Assembly (NCBI GenBank): GCA_951406725.2
Contig: OX597832.1
Span: 67,456,001 to 67,520,000, forward strand
Origin: Octopus vulgaris
Lineage: Eukaryota
DNA length: 64,000 nt
Direction of reading: 5' to 3'
Shown here: positions 40,301 through 55,377 of the stretch, piece by piece
Layout of the letters: each line of letters begins with the position of its first letter
Position numbering within the stretch: the stretch's first letter is position 1
Position numbers and translations under genes: made by a program
Notes under the pieces: generated by a model
Databases searched by the model: none
Told to the model about the DNA's origin: nothing
What the model saw: only the letters and a program-made list of their open reading frames with translations

Positions 40301-40708
40301 AGAAGGAAAAACATACATATATAAGACAATATAAGTATATAAATCTATGAGAGAACAGTGGAAAGTACACAAGAAAACCCTGTAAGTGAGGGAAAGCAAA
40401 TTACGAAACAGGCTAAACAAAATATGTAAAGTTCTTAGAAAGTATTTACCAGAAAACTAGGCATTTGTTTGGTTGTTTGACACCTATTTGTTGTTATTGT
40501 TGTTCCCTAATCGGTAAGCCACGGTGTCACATCAAATACTGTCATTAACAGGTATTGGTGCTGAAGAGAACGTACTTGTGATCAGGGAAAATTTTTTGTA
40601 CTTTCGCATTTCTTCATCTTTCATCATCAAAGATTACTTGGTGAGCATCCTTTCAGGAAAGCAAATAATCAAAGCTGGTGAAATAAGTTTGCCGTGGTAA
40701 TACGTATA

Positions 40709-40773
<65 letters not shown>

Positions 40774-40797
40774 GCATTTCTATGTAGGTATGTATGC

Positions 40798-40838
<41 letters not shown>

Positions 40839-40856
40839 TTTTAGGAATAGAACTAA

Positions 40857-40896
<40 letters not shown>

Positions 40897-41247
40897 CTTA
40901 GTATACACACAGAAACACATACACATAAATATATGCGTGTGAATGAGTTAATCCTTCACTTCTAATTCAGCAACTCTGTTTAAGACCTGGTAATTATTGA
41001 TATGTAGAAGTTTAGGTGACACGGTAATTATCTTCCGGTCATTCCGTAAAATCAATGATGCCATTTTACTTATGACATTTACATCAAAATATCTGCTGTA
41101 ATTACCCGAAATATACTTATTGTGCATTTTATCTACCTTTGGTTCACTTTTTTCTAAATACATAGAAGCAAGTAGATTAGATACAGAAACATAGCGACTG
41201 TGGAGTCGTGCTTTTAAGTATGCTTCCACACACACACACACATATAT

Positions 41248-41312
<65 letters not shown>

Positions 41313-41398
41313 AGTATATATATATATTTATATATATATGAATGTATGCATATATAAAAACATTTTTGCATATATGTATACATATATGTATATATGTG

Positions 41399-41445
<47 letters not shown>

Positions 41446-41894
41446 GTATATATATATATATAAGTATGTGTATATATATACATACATACAATTGTTTATC
41501 TGAGTGTGCATCAGTACATGTATAAATATATGTGTGCAAATATATATATGTGTTTGTGTATATGTATGTATATGCATATCAATTTATCTACCTATCTACA
41601 CATATGTGTGCGTGCATGTGTGTGTCCGTGTGTATGTTTGTGTGCGTGTATGTGTGTATGTGTATCTGAATGTTTTTCATGAATATTGAGACTTTACACG
41701 AAAATTTTATTTTCGTTCCAATTGCGTGACATTTATTTATATTATAAACACATGCACTTCCACTCAGTTGCAGACACGCACGCAATCATACGCACGACAC
41801 ACAAGCGCGCATACTCACACGCGCATACTGTCATACATATATATATATATATAGTGAGACAGAGAGAGGGAGAGAGAGAATTATATAAAAATGC

Positions 41895-41936
<42 letters not shown>

Positions 41937-42292
41937 GTATATATATATACAAATAATTAAGTATGCATACAAACCCACATATGTGTATGTGTATACGGCG
42001 TACGTGTGTTGTTTGTATGTGGGTATGTGCGTGCGTCTTTGTGTGTGTGTGTTTTAATGTAAACCTGTTTATAGCTTACATAGAATCTTATTAAGTTCAT
42101 GTGATCTGGAAAAATGTGCGTCATTACTTCTACGCCTGGTGCGATATACGAATATCTCCCTTTTCATGTGGGTGGATCAATTTGTTAAATTACACGCACA
42201 AACACACCCACACAGTCATACAGACTCACACACACAAATATAGAGACGTGCGCACCCACACCCTCATGTATAGATACACACACACACACACT

Positions 42293-42403
<111 letters not shown>

Positions 42404-43225
42404 TTATTCAAGCAGAAACACAAACACAAACACAAACATGTTTCAGTAAATCAGATTGGCAACGCGAGTCTTTCATAACGCAAGACGCCTGTTGTCACAT
42501 GCTTTCGCAATACGTACGTACTGCTCTGAATTCGACGAACTACAGAAGATGGAGCGCGGAGTAAAATCAGATCGCACGTGCATATATGCTTGTATCATAG
42601 AATTACAAGAAGCCACTTACATCAGTGATATCTTTAATTATAGAGCTCTTCCTTCAACCCCCAAATTGGGGTTAAACAACATCATCAACAACAACTGTAA
42701 CAATATGATTGCCTTGAAAGTCAGAAAAGGACATGTATTACTCGATAATATCACAACATTAATAGCAGTCCATAATTATCTCTAGTTATTTCAGTAACTC
42801 ATTAGCGTGTAATTAACATTATCATTCTGTAGTTTCTTACTATGTCATCCATACAAGATTATTTTAGGAAATGATTATTAAATTTTAAATTATTTTCCTC
42901 CATTCATTTCTATAGTGTACATGAGGATATTTTCTATAGAAGGAGAGAAAAAGGAAATCGTAAAGAATAGAGAAATATGCAGAAGGACAAGCCTGTATGC
43001 ATATTTACATATATGTGTGTATGTGTGTGTGTGAAGACACATGGCTTAATGTATGTGAAGGTGTATGTTGTCTTTCGAGTTCTCAGCCACTTGCAAGTTA
43101 ATCTTACGAGCAAGCTGTTCCTTTGATGGGGTCAACTGGAACACTCGTCGTCGTAAGCTACGGAGTGATAGTCAAATACATATATAGATCGATAGATAGA
43201 TAAATAGACAGACAGACAGACAGAC

Positions 43226-43297
<72 letters not shown>

Positions 43298-43302
43298 TGA
43301 CT

Positions 43303-43398
<96 letters not shown>

Positions 43399-43404
43399 TA
43401 AATA

Positions 43405-44284
43405 TAGGGTGCGGTGAATATATTATCGTCTAAATTGTGCTAAAATGAAAATAATGCTGACATCTCATTTTAATAGCTATATTTACCAAGATTACATAAA
43501 AATATCTTGAAATACTAAAGAGTAATTTTATTCCAGAAATTTGCCTTTGGCTTCAACCACGGCTTTCGGAGGACTTTTAGAATCTCCCGAAACTCTTCTG
43601 GATAATCTTTTTTAAGTTGGTGAATGCTGCCGTAATTCTTGGCTTCAGTTCATGTTTGGTGTTACAAAGTGTTTTGTTGCTCTCTCGCTTAACTGCGCCT
43701 CACACATAATAATCAATGGGGTTGCAGTATGGGAAGTTGAGTGGCCAGATGTTAGGAGGTACGTGGTCGCAGAAATTCTCTGGCAGCCAGGACTGGGTTC
43801 TCCTTCTTGTGTATCATAGTGTAGAGTCTTGTTGCCAGACATATGGTCTTCCAGTAGGCACTCCCTTGAACCCAGGCAGCACTACCTCCTACAGGAACTT
43901 CATATAGGCCTTCATGTTGACTATGAAGTCATGTGGGAAGATGGATGAATGGAGGCATAACGTCGCCATCACTAGTGATCACTACAAACACCATGATATT
44001 GATTGAATATTTGATTTTTATCACTCTCGCTACATGCACTGTCCTCAGAGCGACACCCAAGCCATCTCAAATGTTCGTATTGGAGGTTCCGATGCGAATG
44101 ACAAACAGTAAAGCATATCTTTTCCCAATTTCTAGCTGTGTGATTTGCATCATGGGGCCGTTTTCCTCCCAAACGGAGCCCAACTCTCCCTACTATACGG
44201 TGTAGTCGACAAAATCAAAGGCAAACAAAGCAGATGCACAGAATTAATATTATAAAATGGTGACAATTTACCTATCGCAACCTG
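43405..44284 (-). mobile_element. Internally deleted maT/DD37D (ITm superfamily) DNA transposon
   Basis: ~27-bp decayed TIRs (tagggtgcggtgaatatattatcgtc / ggtgacaatttacctatcgcaacctg). Minus strand reads IMVF..ITSDGDVMPPF, GRPYVWQQDS...WPLNFPYCNPIDYYV*GAV with 37 residues between the last two D; HTH N-terminus is joined directly to the catalytic part. Confidence 0.88.
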
Positions 44285-44303
44285 TGTATGTATACATACA
44301 TAT

Positions 44304-44400
<97 letters not shown>

Positions 44401-44408
44401 GTGTGTGC

Positions 44409-44453
<45 letters not shown>

Positions 44454-44454
<1 letters not shown>

Positions 44455-45001
44455 GAGCAAAACGCCCCCCGTCCAATGGAAGGTGCTGAATAATATCTGG
44501 TAAATAAAAAGCAATTAGTGTTTTTTTTTTCATTAAAAAATAATTAAGCATGCTTTTATTTCAATGAAACTTTTGGTTTTGTTAAACAAAATAAAGGCAA
44601 AAAGATTTCTTGAGAAATCAAACAGACATTCCTTCCTTCATGCCAAATTTGAAAAAATATCTCTTCTGCATCTTACTATTTTGGTCTCTTAAATATACTG
44701 CATTTTGTAGGATTATCTCAAGCCAGTCGGCTTTTTTTGCGCAAACTGCACGTGCATTTTTCTCGGGTACGCGTAGTATTGATCGCAATAGCTGATGTAC
44801 TTGCGCGTACAAAATGCACGTTTTGATGGCTTTATCGATCGCATTCTTACCTGGAATCGATTTTTGTAATTTGTTCAAGACTTTTACACGCCCTGATACC
44901 GTCGGTATCTACATATCAAATTTGAGCGCAATCGGATGGAGGATGCCGGAGATCCCAGAAGACACACAGACAGACAGACAGAACGGATTTTATATAATAG
45001 A
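44454..45001 (-). mobile_element. Non-autonomous Helitron (Lep1-like architecture)
   Basis: Minus strand starts A|TCtattatataaaat, has (CTGT)n near the 5' end, and ends with hairpin ccttcca-t-tggacgg then CTCG|T (CTRR variant); sits in (TA)n without TSD. Confidence 0.75.
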
Positions 45002-45009
45002 TATACATA

Positions 45010-45060
<51 letters not shown>

Positions 45061-45078
45061 ATACATGTATACAAATAT

Positions 45079-45112
<34 letters not shown>

Positions 45113-45113
45113 C

Positions 45114-45154
<41 letters not shown>

Positions 45155-48100
45155 ATGTGTTTGGGAAGTGCCTGTAATTAAGTAGTGCTATTACGAGTCT
45201 TAGAGTACAAAAAATTAACTAAGTTTTAGAACTCCATGTAAATTTTTTAAAACACAATTTCAATCACGTATTAAATGTTATTTGTCCATCGATTTTCGTT
45301 TCAATAATTTAGTTACTGTAGATACGAAAGCAGAATACAGCAATAGTGTCAGTTTGATTGTATTACAATATCGTGAATTGCACCAACTTTCTTATATACA
45401 TATAACCTAATGCATAAGAAAAACATATCTGGAAATCTGGTAAAAAATGTATTTTACCTTGACGAATCACTAATAAAGCAGGTAAGCATTTTCTTTTGTC
45501 TCTGTTGTGTGATTATATAGAGAAAAGTTGAGAAAGAGGAGACCAAGACAGACCAAAGTAAATAAAACTAAGATTAAATGTATGGGATTAAAGAGGAGGA
45601 GATGAAGAACGTCAACATCAACAAAATTAACAATATTCTATTGAAAGATAATTAGCTAATTAGATATCTTGAATCTTTTCGATGATGGGCAAATAGAAGT
45701 GTTGGCGTAAAAGCAAATATAGAAATATAAAAAAATGAAACTGAATCTAATTGATGCCTAGGAAAGGGGGCTCCCAGGTAGAGCCAAAATATTGGAGTAT
45801 TTTGTCGGCGTAAAAAGATAGTTAAGAAAAAGAAAAGAGTTAGGAAAAAAAAAACAATCAGAACTAAATTTAAAATATCTTTAACTGAAATCAGGATGGT
45901 GGTATAAATGATTAATTAATAGTTGTTAAAAATGAAATCTTAATTAAACTAAGTTGTGGGATTCTAAAATATAAGGTTTGATAAATATTCTGTTACACAA
46001 ACTGTTCACAAAGAAAGAGAACCTGATTGTAAAGTCGAGTAGCAACGGTATCAGATATATTAATGTTTATGGTAGAGACTGAATGTATGAATAGCTTACA
46101 CATTAGCTATAAGACTGCTACAAGAGGTAAAGTAACTTTATCAGTATAACTTAAATATCACCTACTAAATGTGTAATGGTGGATACTTTACAACACGGGT
46201 TAATTCTGCTTATCTTCGAAGTTGTCGTAGCGAGAGTAGTTTGAAGTCTTGCTGACATTGAAAGAATCCTGGCAACAATAATTTGCGAATTAGTTTATCT
46301 ACTAGGTTCGGTGTAGTCATGTTTCCAAACATTCAATCTCATTCTAGCAATAAATTCTAGCACCGAAACAAATAACTCATTTTATAATCCGGAGCATGTC
46401 CATCATTGATGAATTCTGTAAAGTAATACACACACATATATATATTTATATATATATATATATTCACACACACATATATATGGTAAATGAGTGAAGGAAG
46501 ATGGAAGATGCGAGAAATTTTATTACTCACTACAATTGTTTCGACATATCTATCATCGATCCATGTGTATGTGCGTGTGTGTGTGGTGTGTGTGGTGCGT
46601 GTGTGTGTGTGTGTGTGTTTATGTATATCTGCTGATGACATGGAATAAACATTAAACATAGTATATACTTTAGAGTTGTGCTTGTTTCACAATTTACTGC
46701 ATATGAGAATTTCACTTCGAACTGAACCTTCTTTCAAAGGTGATTGTAAATGTATCTAAAATATAATAGAGATATTAATTAAAGCTTCATCAGATTCCTG
46801 ATGATGTTTATGCTTTTCTTGAATATACTACTCGAAAAATTCAACGCATTTTGGTTTGGGGGTCAAACTTTTCTTAACCCATCACCGGATTATGATGTTA
46901 TAGTATGGCGCCTGGTAAAAATGTTCCCAGGTTTTCCGTTGCTTTAGCTTGGTGTCTAGAGATTTGACTATTGTATGGAAGCGACGAGGTACCGTAGAAA
47001 TAATGTTTTGTTTTAAGATTAAATATTAAGAAACCCTACCATTCTGCCATGCTCGCTTTTCATTTTGCGTTTCAAAAGCTGAAAATTTTTGCTTTACGTC
47101 ATTAACATGAAAATAGTGTAATGTTATATGAACGAAAATGTGCATTTAAACTCAAATAGTAGTTTTAATACGTTATCTTTAAATTCATTTATACATCTAT
47201 AAAATTCCAACGAGAACATAAAAATACTGCAAGATGATACTAAATGCAGAAGAATTCTGTTACAAGCAAAACAGTATGAAAGAAGTCATTTATCCTGAGA
47301 ATCTTTATGACTGTTTTCACTGTAGATTTTGGCCCAGCATTCCAGTGGGGTTTCCATGTAATTAACAGGTATGTATCTCTATTGCAGCAATACATTTCAG
47401 TATCAATACACGAATATACGAATTGGTAAGATATTTCCTAACTTAAAACTTCTAAATACATGAATTTTATTTCTTAAGTTGATGAGACACACTTGAAAAT
47501 ATGTACTAACTGTTCTACAAACAATCTTATTTTTCATAAAACGCTGTTTTGCAGAAGTTCTTTATTCAGAATAAACTAATAAACTAAAGAATTAAGGGTT
47601 TCTATTTTGGTAAGAAAATAAGGGCTTCTCAATATTCCCTTTTTATTAATTGTAAACTAAATGTATTAATATCAGGTGTATTAATTTTTTAAGGATGTGT
47701 TACAGTAATATGCTCTTTAGACCAGGGGAGTCTGTTCGCTTAGATAAAACAATGTATAATACATATGTACAATTTTTTCACTTTACATATTGCGCAAATT
47801 ACATTTCGATCTACATGGACATTAGAGCAGACAATTGCCTTCCCCGATTTGAGATACTCTTAAACGTTTCCCGAGCTCCTAGGACTATCAAACATATGTA
47901 TTTCAATTTACAACACAATAGTTAATGAAGTCCTAAATATACAGATCTAGTACAAGATTTCCTAAGTCCTTTATTATTAATTGTGTCTTCACTTTTGTTG
48001 AAGTGTGTATGGATTTATAAAGCCATTTATGTAAAGTTGTATTCCATGTGAATATATGTAGTACATTTGGTATTTAATTCTGCGGTCGTTATTCCATCTT

Positions 48101-48791
48101 TGGGATTGCACTTATATCTCTAGATGCCTTACTCTTCTGAACTTGAGACCTATGCAATATCTTCATAGAAATGAATTTTATTGGAACCATTTCTCATGAA
48201 TAGGCATCCGCAACTATGTCATAATCTGAACCTACCATAGTTGAAGACATCTCCACTTCCCTCCCTACCAATATTTTAAGACTCCAGCCTTTATACAACC
48301 CAAAGTAGCCTACAAAATTATGAAATGTAAATGGATATTCACATATTCAGCACCCAGTCTGATATCAATTACAAAGGCATGCGAAGCTTAAATTACTTTT
48401 GATTACAAAATATTGAAACGTTACTCCTTCTCTTCTATAACTGTTATTTCATAACACTGTCATAATATAAATGATTCTACGTAAATAATCAATTAAATGG
48501 AAGATGATATTAAATATTGCCAGAAAGACGTAAAAATCACGCAAAATAGAAAAAAAGTCACATTTTTAAAGAATTTTATGACACTGGAGAAGGAACATGT
48601 ATGAGGGATACAGTGTCCAGTATTTATTAGGATTTGAATTATTTCTAAACTAAATGTAAATTTTATAATGTACTGCAATGCAAATGTTTTCTTTTAAATT
48701 CTCGTAGAGGTACACTGAAACAACATCTATATATGTTTGTCCCTGAGTGTGTGCGTGAGTCTGTGTGTGTCGGGGTGTGTCTCTGTACATG

Positions 48792-48837
<46 letters not shown>

Positions 48838-48843
<6 letters not shown>

Positions 48844-49093
48844 TTAAAAATAGGATAAAATCTTCATAAGAATTTATCAAGTATTTAGCGTGAAAAACCT
48901 CATAAGAGAAAAAAAACCATCAATTTTTTCCTTTAGATTTATTTATTTATATTATATAGAGGGCACTCTTACACATAGATGCCCCACGCTAGAAGGGACT
49001 CTTAAAATCAAAACTACTAAAACCTCTTATGAAGCTTTTCACGCTAACTAGTTGATAAGTTCTTATAAAGATTTTATCCTATTTTTAAATTGT
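48838..49093. repeat. Foldback/MITE-like element with ~70-bp inverted arms, starting at (TA)n
   Basis: tacaatttaaaaataggataaaatcttcataagaatttatcaag...cataagag pairs with ctcttatg...ttgataagttcttataaagattttatcctatttttaaattgta. Confidence 0.85.
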
Positions 49094-49175
49094 AAATTTA
49101 ACCGGAGTATATTCAATAATGAATTTTTATTCCGAATAAGCACGTTGTTACCGAAATGCAATTCGAAAAAGCCCG

Positions 49176-49432
49176 CCTGTTGCGTGTAATTTTATGAAAC
49201 TTTGGCTGCTATTTCCAACAAGCTCAGTTAAAACGAACACACTCTACGTTGACTTGATACGCTGTAATTAAATCCTGCAGTTACCTATTTTACTCATCTC
49301 AGCTACGTATAATCAGTTTAATTAACCGACAAACCATTAACATTGACTTATCAGTTCAGATCATGCTGTGAATGTTACGAGCAGAGCAGTAGCTGGGACA
49401 TGCTGACATAGCTGACCTAACTGCTATGCAAC
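49176..49432 (+). repeat. 257-bp segment duplicated at 51732-51989
   Basis: Near-identical direct copies with only a handful of differences. Confidence 0.95.
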
Positions 49433-51731
49433 TCCAATGTATATTTGTATAAATGAATATTAAAATGATGGATTTAGCAAATAGTAAAACGGTCCAATAT
49501 GATGAATATAAAATGCATAGCTCAAATATATATTTGTGAGTAACACTTGATTGACCTTAGTTACGATTTCTTGGTACTTGTTACCTAAGCTGCAACATTT
49601 GAGCAGCAGCTATTCGATATTTAATTCAATATGCAAATTAGGATATCGGGGAAAATACCAAAATCTTCAAATGTCTAAAATATCCACGATCACTTGTCAG
49701 GTGTTGAGTTGCTTGATATTTTATTTTCCTCTTTCATTTTGCAATATATATATATATATATATATATGCATATATATATATATATATATATGCATGTATG
49801 TATGTATGTATGCATGCATGTATGTATGTATGTAGGTATCGATGTGTAATCATAAAATCCAAGGATCTAATTAATTGTAAGAAGATTATAAGCGTCGCGC
49901 AATCTGTGGTAGAAATAAATAAACAAAGTTCAGGACTAATAACATTTGATTGGCGAGGGTTGTAGGAGTTTCCCATATCGAAGTTCAATAAGCTGAAAAA
50001 GATATTTTTATCCCTCAAGTTTAGCAACTTGACTCGTGCAAAATGCAGTGTTATTAGTTGGGTAAATAACATACTTATCCATTGTATGTAAAGGAAAATA
50101 CTTTTCTATTTTTAAGGAGCACACACTGAGGCAGATAGTCACTGACTGTTCTCAGGATGAAAAATAGGCTATTATGCGCGTCACATAACAGTGACCAAAG
50201 GGAAAATTTAAAAGCGAACCTTTGTTTTCGCCATTATTTTAAAATTGGTTACTATATCAAGGAATTTATAATTTAGGAATCGATGAAAAGAATGAATTAA
50301 TTCCTGTTTTGTTTGAACATAAATTATATTTAGAAAACATTTTATAATCTGTGAATTTCGTAATTCGTGGAAAAGTGTGGGAGGAAAAATTCTGAAGCTA
50401 GTATGTGCTTTAAACTCTCTGTTAGACTCTCTGCAGTTAGCCTCAAAGATGTTTGATCAATTAAAATTGCACACGGAATGAAACATTATCGTTAATGATC
50501 ATTTTTGTGAAGAAAAGCAATGGAGGCAACTACAAATTCGAAACAAGCCATACAGTATATGGAGGGTATTAGCATTTACGTAGCAACATGTTTTTCGTGC
50601 ACAACAAAACTTTCTCATCTCATTATTATACAATTCAAGTATACGCCTTTAAGAGCAAGTCAATCTCATATCTAATATAAGAGGTGCGTAATTCAAAGAT
50701 ACAAATCGATCAGAAGAATGAGTTTCAATAATTACGTGCCATACTTTTCCCAGAGCTATTAGGTTCATAAAATATGAATCGAAGCCTTATCTTATAATCA
50801 GTTCGGTGAAAGTTTAAATTGTGCATGGCAGCATTCACTACATCATATCATTATTTCCGAAAGTCAAAAGCAAATATTAATATACTCAGACTCTCTCATA
50901 TTCATTGCACTCAAAGATTGCACAAAAATCTGATTATGGTAGCGTGGGATTTATTAATTCCTTTTTCTATACGATGAATTACCAGAATATAAATGAGATC
51001 CAGTACTTTACTGGTATTATATTTTACAACCCTCGGAGTATAAAAAAGGAAACAGCCGTGATAACACCTGGATTTGCCCAACCAACCTAAAGATTTACAA
51101 GTCATTTTGTTATGATGCTTAAACGATTTCGATAGCTCAACTGCCAACCACCACAAACGAAAACACATAGATTTACTCACATTGGAATCTTTTGTCAAGC
51201 ACATGATTTCTTCAGACAAATTTATTGTAGCTTTAATATCTTCGTTATGAAAGGCAGCGAGATGGTAGAATCGTTAGAACTCTGGGCGAAATGCTTAACG
51301 GTATTTCGTATCTTTCTAAGTTCATATTCCGCCGTTGACGATTCTTTTTCATCCTTTCGGGATGGATAAATTAAGTAGCAATTGCATACTGGGGTCGATC
51401 TAATCGACTGCCCCCACCCCCAAAAAATTTCAGGCCCTGTGCCTCGAGTAGAAAAGAATATTTTATGACGTTGATATTTTTGTATATATTTTTATTTTTA
51501 TATAGTACTTTTTAAATATTTTTTATCATATTTGATATATTTTATATATTTTTATGATATTTGTTGCAGCCATTACTGCTTCCGCATGTTCAACTTCGAA
51601 TCAAACCTGGTCGAGTCTTCAATCCGTTCTTTTTTTATTAAATTCTTTTCAGCCATGAATATCAGTACTTTTTTTTCTTCCAAACATTAACAATTGATTC
51701 CATAATCGAACACAACCTTCCACTTCAGATT

Positions 51732-51989
51732 CCTGTTGCGTGTAATTTTATGAAACTTTGGCTGCTATTTCTAACAAGCTCGGTTAAAACGTACACACTC
51801 TACGTTGACTTGATGCACTGTAATTAAATCCTGCAGTTACCTATTTTACTCATCTCAGCTACGTATAATCAGTTTAATTAACCGACAAACCATTAACATT
51901 GACTTATCAGTTCAGATTATGCTGTGAATGTTACGAGCAGAGCAGTTAGCTGGGACATGCTGACATAGCTGACCTAACTGCTATGCAAC
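51732..51989 (+). repeat. Second copy of the 257-bp duplicated segment, bracketed by cctgtt
   Basis: cctgtt at 51732-51737 and again at 51989-51994. Confidence 0.95.
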
Positions 51990-52524
51990 CTGTTAAAGGA
52001 GGTAACCTATTACACAATATACTAACAACCAAACGCTTGCATGGGCATTCATGTTACCGATTAATTTATTCTCATTGTCTTCGTCACAATCATCATATTT
52101 GTTATAATCCTTCATTTTTCATCATTATCATCTTTTTTTCTTCTTTTGCTACTTTCTTCTTCTTCTTCCCTTCTTATAACAAAACAAATATTACTACATT
52201 CAGTGATAGTCACCCCACTTTGCTGTTGCCCCACAAACAATCCATCATTAGGAACTTTACTAAATTTAAGATTATATTCGGCCACATCATCATTAATAAT
52301 AAAAAGTTATTTATTTCCCTAAGCACATCGGAAAGGATAAATTTTTAGAGTTTTACAGAATTTTATACTGTTTGTGATGATAAAACTGTGTTTTGTTTTT
52401 TCTCAAAGGATGCCTCGTTAAAATTATTTTTGCAAGAATCCTTCATGATGCTCGGGTAAATCGATATCCAATAATATTACACGATATTATACGATATTAA
52501 TCTCGTTTACATACAGACACGTAG

Positions 52525-52883
52525 GTGTATGTGATGATAAGAAGCTCGATTGCAACCACATACATTCGGGTTCAAACCTACTGCGAGGAACCTTGGTCAA
52601 GAATCTTCTACTAAAAGTGCGAGCTGACCAATACCATGGACGTGAGACGGATTGGCTGAAGTTGCATGGAGGCCCAAAGGATATGTATATCCATCCAGCC
52701 AGCCAGCCATCCATGTATGCGTGTATTCGTACATACATATGTACATACACACGTACATGCATACATACATACATACATACATACATACATACATACATAC
52801 ATACATACATACATACATACACACATACATACATACATACACATACATACATACATACATACATACATACATACATACATACA

Positions 52884-52914
<31 letters not shown>

Positions 52915-53160
52915 CTGTGTGTGCACAATTGCGTACACATATGAACGCGTATCTCTGTGTTTGTTATAACGGTCCCATACCACCGTTTGTCAGCCGGTGC
53001 TGGTTTGTTTAAATTAAGGTAATAGTGATACCGAAAATTCCAGGGATAGAATGAAACTTTTAAAAATATAACTACTATGGTCGATTTGTTCGAAGATATG
53101 CTTCAAAATGGTGCTTCAGCAAATCTGCAGTCCAAACAACTAAAAAATTAAATATGAAAG
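52525..53160 (+). mobile_element. Decayed SINE family B with expanded internal (TACA)n
   Basis: Head caaccacatacattcgggttcaaacctactgcg, tail gtgctggtttgttt...gtcgatttgttcga; (TACA)n at 52760-52910. Confidence 0.65.
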
Positions 53161-54339
53161 ATTTATTATTTTATGTAATGTTTAATATTGTTAACGCAGT
53201 ATTCAGGTATTATTAAAAAGTTCTTATTTCAAAGGATCTACATTTCGATCACACCGGGTGACGCAACGGAAAAGCGTCCTCTAGTATATCCTAGGGTTGA
53301 CCCCTGCCTTATGAATGATATTGTGTAGACGGAAACTGTACGGAATCTCGTCAGGTGGACTGTATCGTCAATTCAAACGTCCAACCTTTTTATACACGGG
53401 ATCTTGTAAATTCTACGTGAGGTATATGCGCCAGACCCATTTTTCCTGTTCCAGGAAAAGGCGAAATGCAAATTTAGCTTCGGTGAGATTTGAACTTGGA
53501 ATGTGAAGAGCTGAAATAAATACGGCAAAGTATTTTCCCCCAAAATTGTTATAATTCCGCCAGATTGTTCCCCTCAGTGGATTCTAATTTAAACGCAATG
53601 CCAGCAGTTTTCAGTGGAAGCTTAAGTGGGTACCATCGAATCCAATACTTGATTGTCCATTACTTTTTAAACCCCGGGAAATGACCACCAAAATTAAACT
53701 CGCCTCGATTTCATTTTAAATCGTAAAGATGCGGACGAAATATTGCAAAGTCCTTAGTCGGACACTCTAAGGATTATGCCAGCTCGCCGCCACAACTCAT
53801 TGGAAATAATTGTTTCCGATGTCGGTGGAAGACCAGCAAATTTAAGTGCCGTTAGTCAATAACATTGATCTAAATTCTCAACTGAAACCTCACATTATCA
53901 CCCATAAAAGAACCTGAGGCACATTAGATATCAGAGCTATTTGAACTTAAATCGTAATAATATGAACAATATACGGCACAACATTTGCAGGACGCTCTAA
54001 TAAATGCACCAGGTCGCCGCGTTACCTCGTTGATAATAATAATAATAGCAATGCCATAAAACGCGTATAGTCAAAGAAAGGTGTCTTTCATAGACGCATT
54101 TGTATATAACATTGTTATATACAAAACGTTATACATAATGTCCCTTAGTAATAATATAATGGATACAGAAAATTCAGTTTACATACACAACGTCCCCTAT
54201 TGAGATTTCTCGTTTCCAACAGGCGTTAAGATAAGTTTATATATCGTTTCTTTCAGCTTTGTTAAAAGCCAGGCATTTCTCATGTCCACCTAACGAGATT
54301 ATCTCCTTTCTTCTCAGTACATTCATCAACTAGCCTTCT

Positions 54340-54370
54340 GTGCATTCTAGGTAGAAGTGCATTGTGGGAT
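54340..54370 (-). promoter_or_regulatory. Tandem ZNF143/Staf-like sites (candidate promoter element)
   Basis: Minus strand atcccacaatgcac and tacctagaatgcac, 17 bp apart, resembling the YYCCCANNATGCA consensus. Confidence 0.35.
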
Positions 54371-54746
54371 TTTGGATACAGCTGCATATAATTAATAACT
54401 ATAACCACATTGGTTTGGCACGATTCCAACCATTGCATGCTGGTAGGTCGGAGAAAGACATAGAGAAAGCGAAGAGCTAAGAGACAGCTTGAATCTCATT
54501 ATATCCATCATTTGTGTTACTCACTTACCCGTTATGCTAGGTCTGTTCGTGTAAGGTGTGCACCGAACGTAACAAAATCTACATTAATCTTTTCTCTAAC
54601 TGATTTGTGTATAAACACACACATACACACATACATTATATCATTATATATATATCTATAACTATCTATCTCTCTATCTATCTAACTATATATATGTATC
54701 TACCTATATATCTATATGTACCTATTTATTTATATATATTCATCTA

Positions 54747-54851
<105 letters not shown>

Positions 54852-55304
54852 TATATACACATATATACATATATACACATATATATACTTCAGTATGCGT
54901 AAATATGATTACGTGCTTGTGTTTATCATTGTAAGTAGCGTGATTTAATTCATTCACACGTTGTTATATTATCTTTATATCTTTATACAAACGTGAATAA
55001 TAGAAATGAGCAACTTTCGAATACATCGTTAAATTAGTTAATAGCCTTAAGATGTCTAACTGACACCAAGACTTTGTACAATGCTGCTATGAAAGAAATC
55101 TTTTGTTAATGTGGATAGTTTATGCCATAATGCATCTACTCTGCTTAACTATACACTTGGTAATCATGTATTTCTGGATTAAGTGCTACTGTACGGGATA
55201 TTTGGCAGTTTTGCACAATGGACTTCAATGATTCATGAATGCCATCTGAGTAGAACATATCAGACATTAACTATGAGAAATCCCGACGCATATATACGTG
55301 TGTG

Positions 55305-55377
<73 letters not shown>

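Noticed and set aside
46786-46805. tcatcag-attc-ctgatga hairpin with hammerhead heptamers on both strands
   Set aside because: Neither strand completes a hammerhead fold.
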